This document shows positions 13,995 through 24,650 of a DNA stretch of 64,000 bases, one piece after another. Location of the stretch: the NCBI GenBank assembly GCA_002269645.1, contig NIVC01000436.1:248001-312000 (forward strand), given 5' to 3'. Position numbers and translations under genes: made by a program. This DNA comes from Macrostomum lignano (Eukaryota). Each line of letters opens with the position of its first letter. The stretch's first letter is position 1. The notes beneath the pieces were generated by a model. The model ran no database searches. It saw nothing but the letters and a program-made list of their open reading frames with translations, and was not told the origin of the DNA.

Positions 13995-14480
13995 CGGACG
14001 CTGGCGTCAGCCAGCAGGCAGTTGACGAAACGTCGAGTGCACGCCTGCCCCCTCCGGTAGGGTTGCCTGCAGCGTCGGCAGCAGAACCTTCTGCACCGGC
14101 TGTGAGCAGTGCGAGTTCATGGCGAATGATGTGGCCTCCCAGCTGGAGTCGGCGTAAAAGGTAGCTTGGACGGGCCAAAGGCGTTGCAGCGTTGATGAAA
14201 TGGAAACTCCGCTCGTTGCCTGTGTTGAAGGCGTCGCAATTATGCAGTCCTTCCCACCGCCGAAGCTCAAGGCGACAATTTGATCTAGTCAAATGACTAG
14301 CGAGTAATCAAGCAGGCATGCCCGTCCGCTGACCCCTGAGTACGCAAACGCGTTCAGACAGGATGTACAGTCCTGACGTAGTTCGATTCCGTTCTCTGCG
14401 ACGTCTATTTAGAGCCGTGAGAGTCTCGACCATTGCGACCGAACCCCAAGAAGCAGATCGTGTACATTCTTGACGATTAG
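13995..14480 (-). pseudogene. Decayed copy A of an unidentified coding sequence, antisense in a formin intron
   Basis: GC-rich, frameshifted; fragments ...ATFYADSSWEATSFAMNSHCSQPVQKVLLPTLQATL...FVNCLLADA; clear nucleotide similarity to 17190-17700. Confidence 0.55.
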
Positions 14481-14638
14481 ACAATGCATGTCTGTGTGCT
14501 TGCTAAGAGACAAGCACAGACATACTGCATCAATACTGCATCGATTCTAACGCGTCTTTATCATACCTTCTCTTTACATTAGAAATGTGAAGTATAGTTC
14601 GTTTACTCTTCAATTTTCAATTTTCAATCATCCCACAG

Positions 14639-14828
14639 CCAAAAAAGATTTAAGCGAATTTCGCAAAACAGTTACGGACGCCGAGACTTGCTACTCCAAC
14701 ATTCTCATGTACTTCTGCCAGCCGCCATCCACACCGCCAAAGGAGTTTTTCAGCCACTGGGCAGCGTTTTGTGTCGATTTTAAAGAGCAGCTTAGGCGAC
14801 AAGTTAATCTGCGACAGCGAGGGGTCAC
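14639..14828 (+). CDS. FMN: Formin FH2 C-terminal exon
   Basis: CACAG|CC acceptor, phase 1; AKKDLSEFRK...PPKEFFSHWAAFCVDFKEQL. It ends at donor AC|GTGAGT, or reads to TGA at 14830-14832 if unspliced. Confidence 0.9.
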
Positions 14829-14864
14829 GTGAGTGTTTACAATATGTTTTAATTAGTAATTTTA

Positions 14865-15863
14865 CTACACCTTTTTACTTTCTATTTTGAAAAATCTGCA
14901 CTCAATTTTGACAGTCTTTGGCATCGCTTGTTGAAATTTTCAACCTATTTTGACAAACCCAAATGCAATAGTGACGAATTTCAACTGAAAATGACAAACT
15001 CAAACCTTTATTAACAATTTGCAAGCAATTTTGACACTGGGGTACAAAACAGTGCCTTTGTCTCGCCGTCTATGGAACAAAACTTGCATATGTGCATGCA
15101 TTTTTGACAGATTGCATCCAAAAGTGACAGTTTTAGCTTGCAGATCCCAACCCTAGCCGGGCCTACGCGCCCTGACAGATCCGGTGAGAGTTCGTCCTGG
15201 CCAATCGCCCCGGCGAGTGTTCGCTGATCCCAGGTCCCGGACAGAGCAATATTGGGATCTGTCCTAATCGGGTTCTTCATGAACGCCAGCATGTCTCTGA
15301 TCTCCATTTGGCAGCTTTTCTACTCGTCCACTCCTAACAACGGCATACGCTGTGGTTCTTTTGATCTCCAAGGTACGAGCCAGGTAAAAAAAGTCGTCAC
15401 CATTCTCATGGGCAGTAGTTAACCGGTTAATTACTGGGTTAACCGCCTCCTGTCGTCGTCGCTAACTTTGGCGTTGACTCGCGGACCTGCCATACAGAAC
15501 GTAATACGACTTGGCAAACTGATTAGCTACTGTACTACGGTTAACTGAATTTTTTCAATGTGTTCTAAAGTAATCTGTCACTTTTGGATGCACTCTGTCA
15601 AAAATGGATGCACATATGCAAGTTTTGTTCCATAGACGGCGAGACAAAGGCACTGTTTTGTACCCCAGTGTCAAAATTGCTTGCAAATTGTTAATGAAGG
15701 TTGGAGTTTGTCATTTTCGGTTGAAATTCGTCACTATTGCATTTGGGTTTGTCAAAATAGGTTGAAAATTTCAACAAGCGATGCCACAGACTGTCAAAAT
15801 TGAATGCAAAGATGTCAATATTGAGTGCAGATTTTTAAAAAATAGAAAGTAAAAAAGGTGTAG
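14865..15863 (-). mobile_element. Internally deleted Tc1/IS630-like DNA transposon with ~270-bp TIRs
   Basis: 14865-15132 and ~15573-15863 are inverted repeats; left flank TA, right flank TT. The interior from ATG 15493 on the minus strand encodes MAGPRVNAKVSDDDRRRL..AHENGDDFFYLARTLEIKRTTAYAVVRSGRVEKLP, an HTH-type transposase N-terminus. Confidence 0.8.
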
Positions 15864-15919
15864 TTGCAGGGGGATTACTAAGCAAAATATTGCATGGCCT
15901 ACAAACAACCTTAGCCACT

Positions 15920-16406
15920 AATTAAGTAGTCACTCAATGGCCTCAGCCTACGGAATCAAGTAGTCAATCTATGGCCTCAGCCTACGGAATCAAGTAGTCA
16001 CTCTATGGCCTCAGCCTACGGAATCAAGTAGTCACTCTATGGCCTCAGCCTACGGAATCAAGTAGTCAATCTATAGCCTCAGCCTACGGAATCAAGTAGT
16101 CACTCTATGGCCTCAGCCTACAGAATCAAGTAGTCACTCTATGGCCTCAGCCTACATAATCAAGTAGTCACTCTATGGCCTCAGCCTACAGAATCAAGTA
16201 GTCACTCTATGGCCTCAGCCTACAGAATCAAGTAGTCACTCTATGGCCTCTGCCTAAAGAATCAAGTAGTCACTCTATGGCCTCAGCCTACAGAATCAAG
16301 TAGTCACTCTATGGCCTCAGCCTACAGAATCAAGTAGTCACTCTATGGCCTCTGCCTAAAGAATCAAGTAGTCACTCTATGGCCTCAGCCTACAGAATTA
16401 AGTAGT
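15920..16406. repeat. 34-bp minisatellite TCAAGTAGTCACTCTATGGCCTCAGCCTACRGAA
   Basis: Direct reading. Confidence 0.96.
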
Positions 16407-16486
16407 CTGGTCTCTCGATGAATCATTTTTTCATCTTTCATCATTAATACTCAGCCATGTGATGACTTTCTTGCATAAAATTTCAG

Positions 16487-16526
16487 AAAGTTCAACATCA
16501 GCTCTTCAGTGGAATCAAACGGCTAG
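16487..16526 (+). CDS. Tentative last formin coding exon (TKFNISSSVESNG*)
   Basis: Acceptor AAAATTTCAG is phase-compatible with the 14828 donor; there is no clear motif support. Confidence 0.3.
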
Positions 16527-17189
16527 CGTGGATCAAATGTATCCTGCAAGGCGCCCAGTTACCATGCAGGACCAGGCACCAATATCATCTGTGATTGACA
16601 CGTACTGCCGATGCATATTTGTAGCAATTTTTATTCACTTATTCTATTATTAAGCTTTGAGCACGGCCTATAATTGATCTTAAACTGCAGTTTGTTTATT
16701 CACAGTAACAAACCATTTTATTAGTCAATTCTCATTCTCCATATAGCCGACAGAGATTTTTATGTAGGCCATTCATTTATACTAATTCTGATGGCAATGT
16801 ACGCTGACCTCCACTGCACTCTTTGCGGATGCCTAACACGAATTCTTGCACCGCAATTAAAATTGCCATTTAACATAATGTAGTCGACTTTTATTGACCA
16901 ATGAACACTTTAAGAGCGGTATTTCTTTAGCACCATGAGAATTTACTTAGGACTGACATGTATAAGCCCCTTCAAAGTTTTGCATTATAACTATAATAGT
17001 GCAGAAAAACACTTCGACACATGTGACACAGTGCAGTCCATTTTTAAGCATTCGCTAAATGAATGAATCCAATTGGCTCTTGCAGTTGTCTTGATACGAA
17101 TCATTGATTTTCTGTACTTTAAAATCCGATCTGATAGCTGCATGTACGGATAAAAAACTTGCAGAGGATATAATTCGGGGCTTTTAATT

Positions 17190-17700
17190 TGGATGCGTCA
17201 CCGCGGCGTCAGCCAGAAGGTAATCGACGAACACGCCGAGTGCGCGCCTGTTCCCGTCGGTAGAGGGTTGCCTGCAGCGTCGTCAGCAGTGCGACTCGAC
17301 GCGGATGATGTGGCCTCCCAGCAGCTGGAGTCGGCGCGACGGCGCAACCAGGTCACTTGGATGTTGGACAGATCAGGCCGACGCGATGATACAGTGCCGC
17401 GCTGGAAACTCGCTCGTCGCTAATCTTGAAGGCGATGCGCAGCAGGCCAGCGTGAGCTGTGTTTCCATCAATTGTTGCTCAAGCGAGACCGTCTGCGTCC
17501 ATGTCTTTAGCGTTGTACAGCAGGACGGTCTGCTCCACCGCCTGGATCATCTCTCGGACTGCAGTGCCGCATAGAACGCAAGGCAGCCCAGACAAGCCCG
17601 TCACGACGCCGCGCAGATCCTTGCGGACGTTGCGAATTAGACTGCCAAGGTACATGTACATGAACTGCTGACGAAAATTCTGAAACTCCATTGCCGGTCC
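17190..17700 (-). pseudogene. Decayed copy B of the same unidentified coding sequence
   Basis: Fragments MEFQNFRQQFMYMYLGSLIRNVRKDL..., GLLRIAFKISDERV, LLTTLQATLYRREQ, LGVFVDYLLADA in shifting frames; shares blocks such as GGGTTGCCTGCAGCGTCG and ATGATGTGGCCTCCCAGC with copy A. Confidence 0.55.
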
Positions 17701-18104
17701 GTCTGCGCCTTGGCACAAAATTGAAGCCGGTATGTCTTAAATTAGATGCATCGATGCATACCTGCGCCATGTAGCTAGTAATGTTGTATTATAGGGTACA
17801 TACATGTAGCTAGACTGTATTTATTTCTGAGAAGTAAACCAATAAAAAGTTAAAGTAGATGGCATCAATCTGCACTTGATTTTCTTAGAAATGATCGAGC
17901 TGGAGGCCCGTAAGGAACGGATATGTCTCGTTTTTGCCAGGTAATAACGCCAGTGCATTCGCGATTCTTAATATGGTACGTTTAGAGAAACTGGATTTTT
18001 CTAGCGTTGACGACGAATTTTGTATTTGACTAAACCTATAATTACTCGTAATTCATGCATCCCTAGGCCGTTTGTGTTTGAAACATGCATTTGAAACAAA
18101 TACA

Positions 18105-18155
18105 TCAAACTAGGGGTCGTGGCGCGAGAGGCAGACGCGTTTACCACTAAGCGAC
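18105..18155 (-). mobile_element. Degenerate tRNA-like SINE head fragment
   Basis: Minus strand GTCGCTTAGTGGTAAACGCGTCTGCCTCTCGCGCCACGACCCCTAGTTTGA; B box degenerate. Confidence 0.3.
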
Positions 18156-20231
18156 TTCTCTCTGTTGACAATATATAGTTAATATATATAGCGACTAATA
18201 ATTATTCCTGCTTGAAAATCAGAGACGTTCCCGCCGCCACTTTACAACATTGCGCTACACTAAAAACTAAATAAGATTGGTACAAGTAAAAGATCAACGA
18301 AATGACAGGATCGAGGTCAACTTTAACCAACCATCTGGATGTGGCCGTCCCACATACCGGTCTAAGAGACAGTGGTTGTTTGTGGCACCAACATGTACGC
18401 CTACATGTACCAGCTAAGGAGAACTCACCAAAAAGCAAACAAATAAAGCTTTTATTGACCAAGGTTGGATTATATTCGAATTTCATCTCGACGGAAAAAT
18501 CTACTTCTACATATACATAACCGAGGCTAGCTATCGAGCGGCGACGAGGGTAATCCCAACCAATTTGTGCAGATACAGAGGGCAGCTTTTCGAATGCTTT
18601 TTTTGCGAGGTAGCCTGTTTTTAAGCCTTCCTAAATTTATTAAACAATTAATAGCTAACAAAGTAAAAATATTTACCTGGACGAAAGAAGCTATGTGTAA
18701 AGTCGCCTTTGTTTGAATTCTCATGCATGTCAAAAAAATAATTTCGAGAACAGATATTTCTTTCTTAGAATCACTACCTACAACTGCAAGTCTTAGTCCC
18801 ACAACGTCATTTCTTCTGTTTTGATATGTCTAGGCTAGCTGCATTAGCATGAGCAATTAGTTTTTCTTGTGAATTTTTAATAGGCCTAGTTTTGATAAGA
18901 TTGCTTATTCTAACTGATGCTTTAGCCAAGAAGCTTCATTGGCTATATGCTAGGCCCCTAATTTGTATAATATAACATCTTCTATGGCTCTGCTGGATCA
19001 TTTTTAACTTTTGAGATTCAAACTTATGGCATTCTTGAATTTTTTTGTTAAACTATTTTTTAAATGTTTTTTTACACTTACTTTCTCCACCCCACACTTT
19101 GAATCATATAGTAGGCTAGACCCAAAAATTTGGGTGTGCATTGGCCTTGCATGCCAAAAATAGGTGTGCATAGTTGGCGTGCATTATTCTTAAAAAAATA
19201 ATATATCTAATGCATGTATACCTGGCAATGCTGGCATGCACTCCATAGGCCTAGAATCACATGGGTTGCAGAAAAGGTATTATAAAGTAGAATAAACATG
19301 AAAAAAGTTCATTTTAAATTCTAATTTCAAGCTTTCTGGTTTTTTAAGCTGGTAATAAAGCATTCAAACAAATCTGTAAATAGTATTGATTTAATTGATT
19401 TTTGACTATGAATAGTATCATTCATTGAAAAAGTAGAAAATGAACCAAATTATTTGCCAAAATGGGTTCATTTGGCCTATGCAATTTAAAAAAGGTAGGC
19501 CTAATTTATTGTCACAACATAAAAAATCATTTTGTTGCAACATTGGCTAGTCCTCTAGCACCTAGGTACACATTTTGCAAATAAAATTTTTTCAATCTAC
19601 CATAGCTTTGTGGTAAACACCTATCTAGATACAGCATTTATACTGTTTTTCTTGCAGTGCTTACCAACCATAGTTCGGAAGAGGGCATGTACGCCGGAAA
19701 TTTCCGGGGTACAGTCAAGAAATTTGGCGTACATGTTGGCGTACAAATAGTAATTTTCTAAGGCTTTTGGCGTACATGTTTAACCATGATTATTACTTTG
19801 GTGTGTAACATGCACCAAAAAACAAAAAATTCGTAACCTAGTGAAATCAATAACAGTTACAAAGTCGTTCATTATGCATTTACTGTAAAATTTCACGATT
19901 GATGCAGAACTGACTTTCGTGTTTTTTGCTTGTGGTGAAGTTGTAATTTTAACAAAAAATGCACAAATTTTACTTAAATTTTATAAATGAACTGTGTACA
20001 TATAAATCTGTCACTTTTTAATAGTTCTTACTGATAAATAAAAAAGTTACTTTCCGTTTTCAACATAGACAATTTAAAATTAAATATGTTTTTATCGGGC
20101 CGTTTTGGGCGTGAGACATTTGATATTCCAGATAGATACAACTCTGGACATTCATTTAGGTTGTATCGGACTCAAATGCGCGAGTCATCCCAACCTTCGC
20201 GGCCCAGCAGTTCCTTGGATGCCCGTCAAAA

Positions 20232-21180
20232 CGGCCACACGCGGAACGGCCACACGACAAAACGGCCACACCGTTAAAACGGCCACATAAAACAAAAAGG
20301 GTTGCAGATCGATTGCTCATGAGATCCAGCTTATGACATCAAAATGCAAAAGAAGTAAATGCATTGAGATATTGTGAAATTTATGTAGGCCGAAAAGGAT
20401 CCGAAAAGGAAGCACCAGAGAAGCGAAGACGAAATTGTATTTTATGGAGCGACCAGCAGTTATGCAAATTTTTAAAAGATGCTAAAATAGTTGTGTAAGA
20501 AAGCCTCTTCCTCTTCTTCCAGTACTGTTGGAAGCTCCAGCTCAATTGTTGGTTCGTCAATGCCAACATCCAATTCTGTGCTATGCAACTTAAACAAGCT
20601 GTCTACAAGTGTCTCAGAGTCAGCCTCGAGGCCTGAAATGTAGAGAATTGGAATGTAGAAAAAAATCTGCTTTATCTCAACTTCACATGCATCGACTTAC
20701 CTAAACCTTCTGGTAACAACTTCAGGTGCGTCAGATGCTGGTATCCTTATTCGCAAATGTAAGGCAGGTCGCTCCTCAGCAGCTAAGCTGGGTTCCGCTG
20801 GCGCACTGTGCTCAGCAGCTGAGCTGGGTGCTAGCAGGCAATTTGGACAAAACCATGGCATCGTCTCATTCTTCATGGCATTGTAGCGAGCTATAGAAAC
20901 GGCTGCATCTCCTGCAGTAGCAGCAGATATACAATAATTACCAATTACAGTTAATTCAAATAATTACAACTATAACAGCATACTATAAATAGCAACTCAC
21001 CTTTCAGACACAATGCATGCTGGCGAGGTCTGACTCTAAGTAGACACTTTGGACAACTGTCGTCCATTGTTAAAAATGAAAAATGAAAAAATAAAAAATT
21101 ATTACATCGTGTGGCCGTTTTGTCGTGTGGCCATTTTGACGGTGTGGCCGTTTTGTCGTGTGGCCGTTCCGCGTGTGGCG
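20232..21180. mobile_element. Nested TIR element with repeated AAAACGGCCACAC motifs (Mutator-like?)
   Basis: ~55-bp inverted repeats at 20232-20289 and ~21125-21180, with a further partial copy at 21188-21226; no TSD identified. Confidence 0.6.
20472..21067 (-). pseudogene. Three-exon degenerate PHD-finger gene inside the nested element
   Basis: Exons 21067-21001, 20911-20701 and 20632-20472 with GT/AG ends; MDDSCPKCLLRVRPRQHALC...SIARYNAMKNETMPWFCPNC; central PHD ligands are missing and the exon2/3 phase is mismatched. Confidence 0.65.
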
Positions 21181-23736
21181 CGTGTTACGCGGAATAGCCA
21201 CACAACAAAACGGCCACACCGTTAAGCAATGAAGCAGCAATGAACCAATGGGATGCAATTGCGGAGTCATAGGGTGCACTCCATGAAGCCTTTCGAGCTG
21301 AAAATCCTTGGTGCAAGATTCATGAGCAGCTACAGTACCAAATGTTTGGAAGTGATTTTGTTTTCGATCTCCTATAAGTAATATATTTACATAGAAGACA
21401 AATTTAATAACTGCACTGTAAACGACAACGTCACAAAGATATATGGCGTACATCGGCGTACACAAAAAAAATTGGTAGTTTTTTTTCCGGGGTACATACA
21501 GAGTGTTCCGAACTATGGCTTACCAATAGCATGTTTTGATGCTTGAAAGAATGAATCCTTGCATATAGACACCTGACTATGGCATGCTATATAAGCCCAA
21601 ACAACACTATCAATGTACTAGTCTCCAGCATAGCATTGTAGATGCATGGGTATATCACTAGCTTTATAGACAGTCGTGCTAGTTCTTAAGGAATCAGTAA
21701 GTTGCTAGCTATTCAATAGTTTGCTAGGTATCCTATGTTAGCCTAGTTAACTCTGCCATTGGCATGTTTCTCTTAATCAGCTCTATAGTATTATGTAGCA
21801 AGTTTAGATTTATAATAAATAATGGTGCTATGGGGCAACCTCTTAGCATGGTGTTGATAGACTTAATGGTTAATAGTCTTAGCAAGAACTTAGCAGCAAG
21901 AACAAGTCTGAGTGCTTTTACTTTCCCTTTGTCTAACCAACTCATCCCTTTGGGCCATGGAGACTCTCAAGCATTAGTGCTATATTGGACAACACAATAA
22001 TATGCGAAACTAAGGGGCTATGCACATTTCAGTTTATAATCCCCTCTCAATTCTTTTTAAATGGTTTTCTTTGTACTATGTATAGAGTAGAAGCAAAGGC
22101 CTCTAAGTAAGCCAAGGCCTCTTGAATAAAACAATAGAAAAAAGAAGTATTATAGCTTTGGAACATAATCATTTCAAGGCAATTTTGTATTTAAATTAGT
22201 TTTCAAAAATGAAATAGGATATAAGATGTTCATTCATAAAAATTTATATGTTCTATGACTGCATGAAGTTAGCAAAAATTGACTAGAAAAGCTATAGTTT
22301 TAGAACGTGATCATTTCAATGCAATTTTTATATTTAAATGATTGCTATCCAAAATAGATATAATGCACTAAGTGCAAAAATATACAAATGCTAAAAAGAT
22401 CATTTGTTCCAATAAATCAAAATTTTTATCTATAGAAACAGTTTGTTTAAATATTGTTTTAAAAACTTCTAAGCTTTATTTTATTTATTCAAAACATTTT
22501 TATAGTGATCATTATTTCACTCAGTGATTGTTATCCCAAAGATTGTTATCTACAAGTTAGTAGGATTACTAGTGGGTATGACCATTGAAATAGGCCCCTT
22601 AGTAACCAATTTCAAAACAGTAGAAAGTTGCAGAAAAATTATAGAATTTTTTTTGCTCCAGTATATTCCTTTTTGTATGACACTATACATATTAAAAAAG
22701 TTGCTAATCCACTTTGACATTGGGAAACTAGTGTCAATGACACATTTTTTAATGACTTGGGCATATAGAATGGCATCAAAATTATCTAATAATATCTGAT
22801 CAAGTATTTTGACTATAATACCATCAGTCATACAGATAGCATGTATAGATTATCATTGGGCCAACATTCTTGTTATAGCTAATGGAAAAAAAAATATATA
22901 ATTCTAAAATTGATTTAGTTATCCTAGATTTGACAAATAGTATAATAGCAAAAATAAGCAAGTAAAGTTGCTTGCTACAAGCATAAAAATTCTGCCACAA
23001 TCTGAGTTAGGAAACATGGATTGGAACAAATGAGCAAATTCATCTTTAGTATTAAAAACTTGTTGACTTGAAGGCAGTATATTCTTTACCTAATTGGGTT
23101 TTTGCCTCAATAGCCTGAATGAGTTTATGGTTGTTGCTAGCTGATGAAGCATCTGCTTTAGTAAAAAAAGCCTATTTATTTTTTAAGCAGAAAAACACTT
23201 ACCTATTCCCTTCATGCTTCTTCCTTTTTATGTGTTGTTTCATGACTGCAATGCCATTATTTCTTATATTAATAGTCACAATTTCTTCACTTTCATTTGT
23301 AGAACTCACTTAGTTTTGGAATTCATTTACTTGATTTGCTGGTTTTGAAATCATTGACTAATATTTTATCAAAATGTTTTCACAAACAATCTGATAAAAG
23401 TACCATCTATCTGGCAAAAAACGGATTAATTCTTTACTGATCCTTGCTTTTGTAACTGCATTTTTTATGTTCCTAACTATGAAAAAGTGAAAAATCAATG
23501 TGACAAAGTGTGACAAAACCAATGGAGGCTGAAGCAACAGTTCATTAGTCTAACTGCAAACCTTTACTATTTACTACTAAGATCTCCAAAGAAAAGTAAA
23601 TGATGTCAAGGTTGTAATTTAGCACAAATACTTGTAGTTAGTGCTGATTAATATTAAATTAAGCAACATTTCAATTGAATTATTCAATACTGAATATATT
23701 CCTATGTTATAAAATGCTTGCTTTTTCTGATGCCCC

Positions 23737-23994
23737 ATGGCCAGTCCAGAAGAGGACACTGGTCGCAATAGAGATTCGCTCTCGCCTCCATTTGACGATG
23801 TCAATGATGATGACGAAAATGACAGTAATGATAGCTATAGTTCGGATGCAGATGAAGGTGGTGCTGGGCAGCTGGGCGAACAGGAGTTGGATCCAGCTGT
23901 CTGGTGCTTGTTGGATAGGGTTGGACGGAGGCACTGGCTTAACAGCGATGGACTGCTGCTGATTGGTCGGGAGGATTGCAGCCTCATGCTTAAG
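23737..23994 (+). CDS. CEP170: CEP170-like exon 1 (acidic leader + start of FHA)
   Basis: ATG at 23737; WCLLDRVGRRHWLNSDGLLLIGREDCSLMLK resembles the CEP170 N-terminus ([29 protein letters not shown]); donor AAG|GTGACT. Confidence 0.9.
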
Positions 23995-24024
23995 GTGACT
24001 GTTAGTGAATTCGTTTGGTTAGCC

Positions 24025-24139
24025 ATCTGTATATCTATGTATCTATCTATGTATGTATGTATCTATCTATCTATCTATCTATCTATCTGTCTATCTATCT
24101 ATCTGTCTGTCTATCTGTCTATCTATCTATCTGTCTATC

Positions 24140-24224
<85 letters not shown>

Positions 24225-24240
24225 GTCTATCTATCTGTAT
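24025..24240. repeat. (CTAT)n/(CTGT)n microsatellite
   Basis: Direct reading. Confidence 0.97.
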
Positions 24241-24298
24241 GCCTACGTACCTACCTGGTAAAATGTCTAGATATTAATTAGCCTATTAATAATTTCAG

Positions 24299-24388
24299 TC
24301 ACACAGCGTGGATCCTCAGCATGCTGTGATGACATACGACTCCGAGCTCGGACTGTATCGCGTCAAAGACCTCGGCACTGTTAACGGG
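24299..24388 (+). CDS. CEP170: CEP170-like exon 2 (FHA)
   Basis: SHSVDPQHAVMTYDSELGLYRVKDLGTVNG carries the FHA S-x-x-H and D-L-G-x-x-N-G motifs; TTTCAG| acceptor and |GTAAGC donor. Confidence 0.95.
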
Positions 24389-24650
24389 GTAAGCCTTTTA
24401 AGCCGTTTGCCGTTCGCTTTTTTCGTCTTTCTAGTCATTTTTTATGACAGTCTGCCGGCAGTTTTTTTGCTCCCCTTCGCCTTCTATTCTTGTAACTATC
24501 TATTTTTCTAAGAAATATTGATTGACAGCCGATGTCTGTTCGCTAACTTCACTTCCTTCTTTATATATATTTTTCTATATAGTTTCTAGTATTCCGGTTT
24601 TTGACGCATTTTAAAAAAAGTTTGTACTGTATTTTCTTTTCTGAATTCGC

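Larger units (their letters stand above)
19668..21518. mobile_element. Non-autonomous DNA transposon, TIR CCATAGTTCGGAA, perfect 8-bp TSD
   Basis: CTTACCAA at 19660-19667 and 21519-21526; TIRs at both ends; subterminal GGCGTACA motifs. Superfamily (hAT, P or other) is unresolved. Confidence 0.9.

Noticed and set aside
14505-14545. Hairpin near 14.5 kb (TGTCTGTG..CTTG/CAAGCACAGACA) and hairpin GCTCTTGCC-TTT-GGCAAGAGC at 55131-55151 as Helitron ends or terminators
   Set aside because: No adjacent CTRR end; intrinsic terminators do not apply to this eukaryotic context.
21733-22831. Decayed non-LTR reverse transcriptase (RGCPIAPLFII resembling QGxPLSPxLF; KWISNFF)
   Set aside because: Motifs are weak, their spacing (~850 nt) is inconsistent with RT, and there is no YADD; it needs a translated search to be supportable.
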